Virus record (IMG/VR): IMGVR_UViG_3300022562_001204
Location: 14,551 to 78,550 of that record
Origin: a virus
Taxonomy: Duplodnaviria > Heunggongvirae > Uroviricota > Caudoviricetes
Direction: 5' to 3' (one strand)
DNA length: 64,000 bases
Part shown: in pieces, positions 63,985 to 64,000 of the stretch
Layout: each line of letters starts with the position of its first letter
How positions within the stretch are numbered: the stretch's first letter is position 1
Translations under genes and position numbers: made by a program
The notes under the pieces: generated by a model
The model's input: the letters and a program-made list of their open reading frames with translations, nothing else
The model's database searches: none
What the model was told of the DNA's origin: nothing

Positions 63985-64000
63985 GTCATAAGACTCCTTA

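Overview
This window is a segment of a phiKZ-like jumbo phage genome (nucleus-forming Chimalliviridae type). By eye it is GC-rich, roughly 55-60%, and most genes lie on the minus strand. It follows the conserved phiKZ core order from about gp120 back to about gp59. That order is: major capsid protein, DnaB helicase, a dTTP cluster (thyA, dcd, tmk), a holin/endolysin cassette, tail-fibre and baseplate genes, inner-head/ejection proteins, the exonuclease half of the split family-B DNA polymerase, a virion RNA polymerase beta' piece, two SF2 helicases, three non-virion RNAP subunits, PicA- and ChmC-position genes and an SbcD/Mre11 nuclease. phiKZ gp numbers are assigned from motifs and remembered synteny, not from a database search. 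No tRNA, rRNA, CRISPR array, intron or intein was seen. The most notable observations are: (1) a T TTT TTT slippery site predicted to fuse the gp77-like and gp76-like ORFs by -1 frameshift, as in lambda G/GT; (2) a tail fibre whose S74 autocleaving chaperone is followed by about 580 aa of polyacidic disordered sequence; (3) two genome-wide regulatory motifs, GATATACTC and ACTCCTT(T)ATATAAG, the second often folding over its own Shine-Dalgarno site; (4) a highly structured 180-nt leader before the ejection-protein gene; (5) ADP-ribose-handling candidates (NADAR-SLOG fusion, macro-like protein, IDR-SLOG); (6) two stand-alone 25-aa YD-type repeat paralogs; and (7) two unannotated micro-ORFs inside the lysis cassette.
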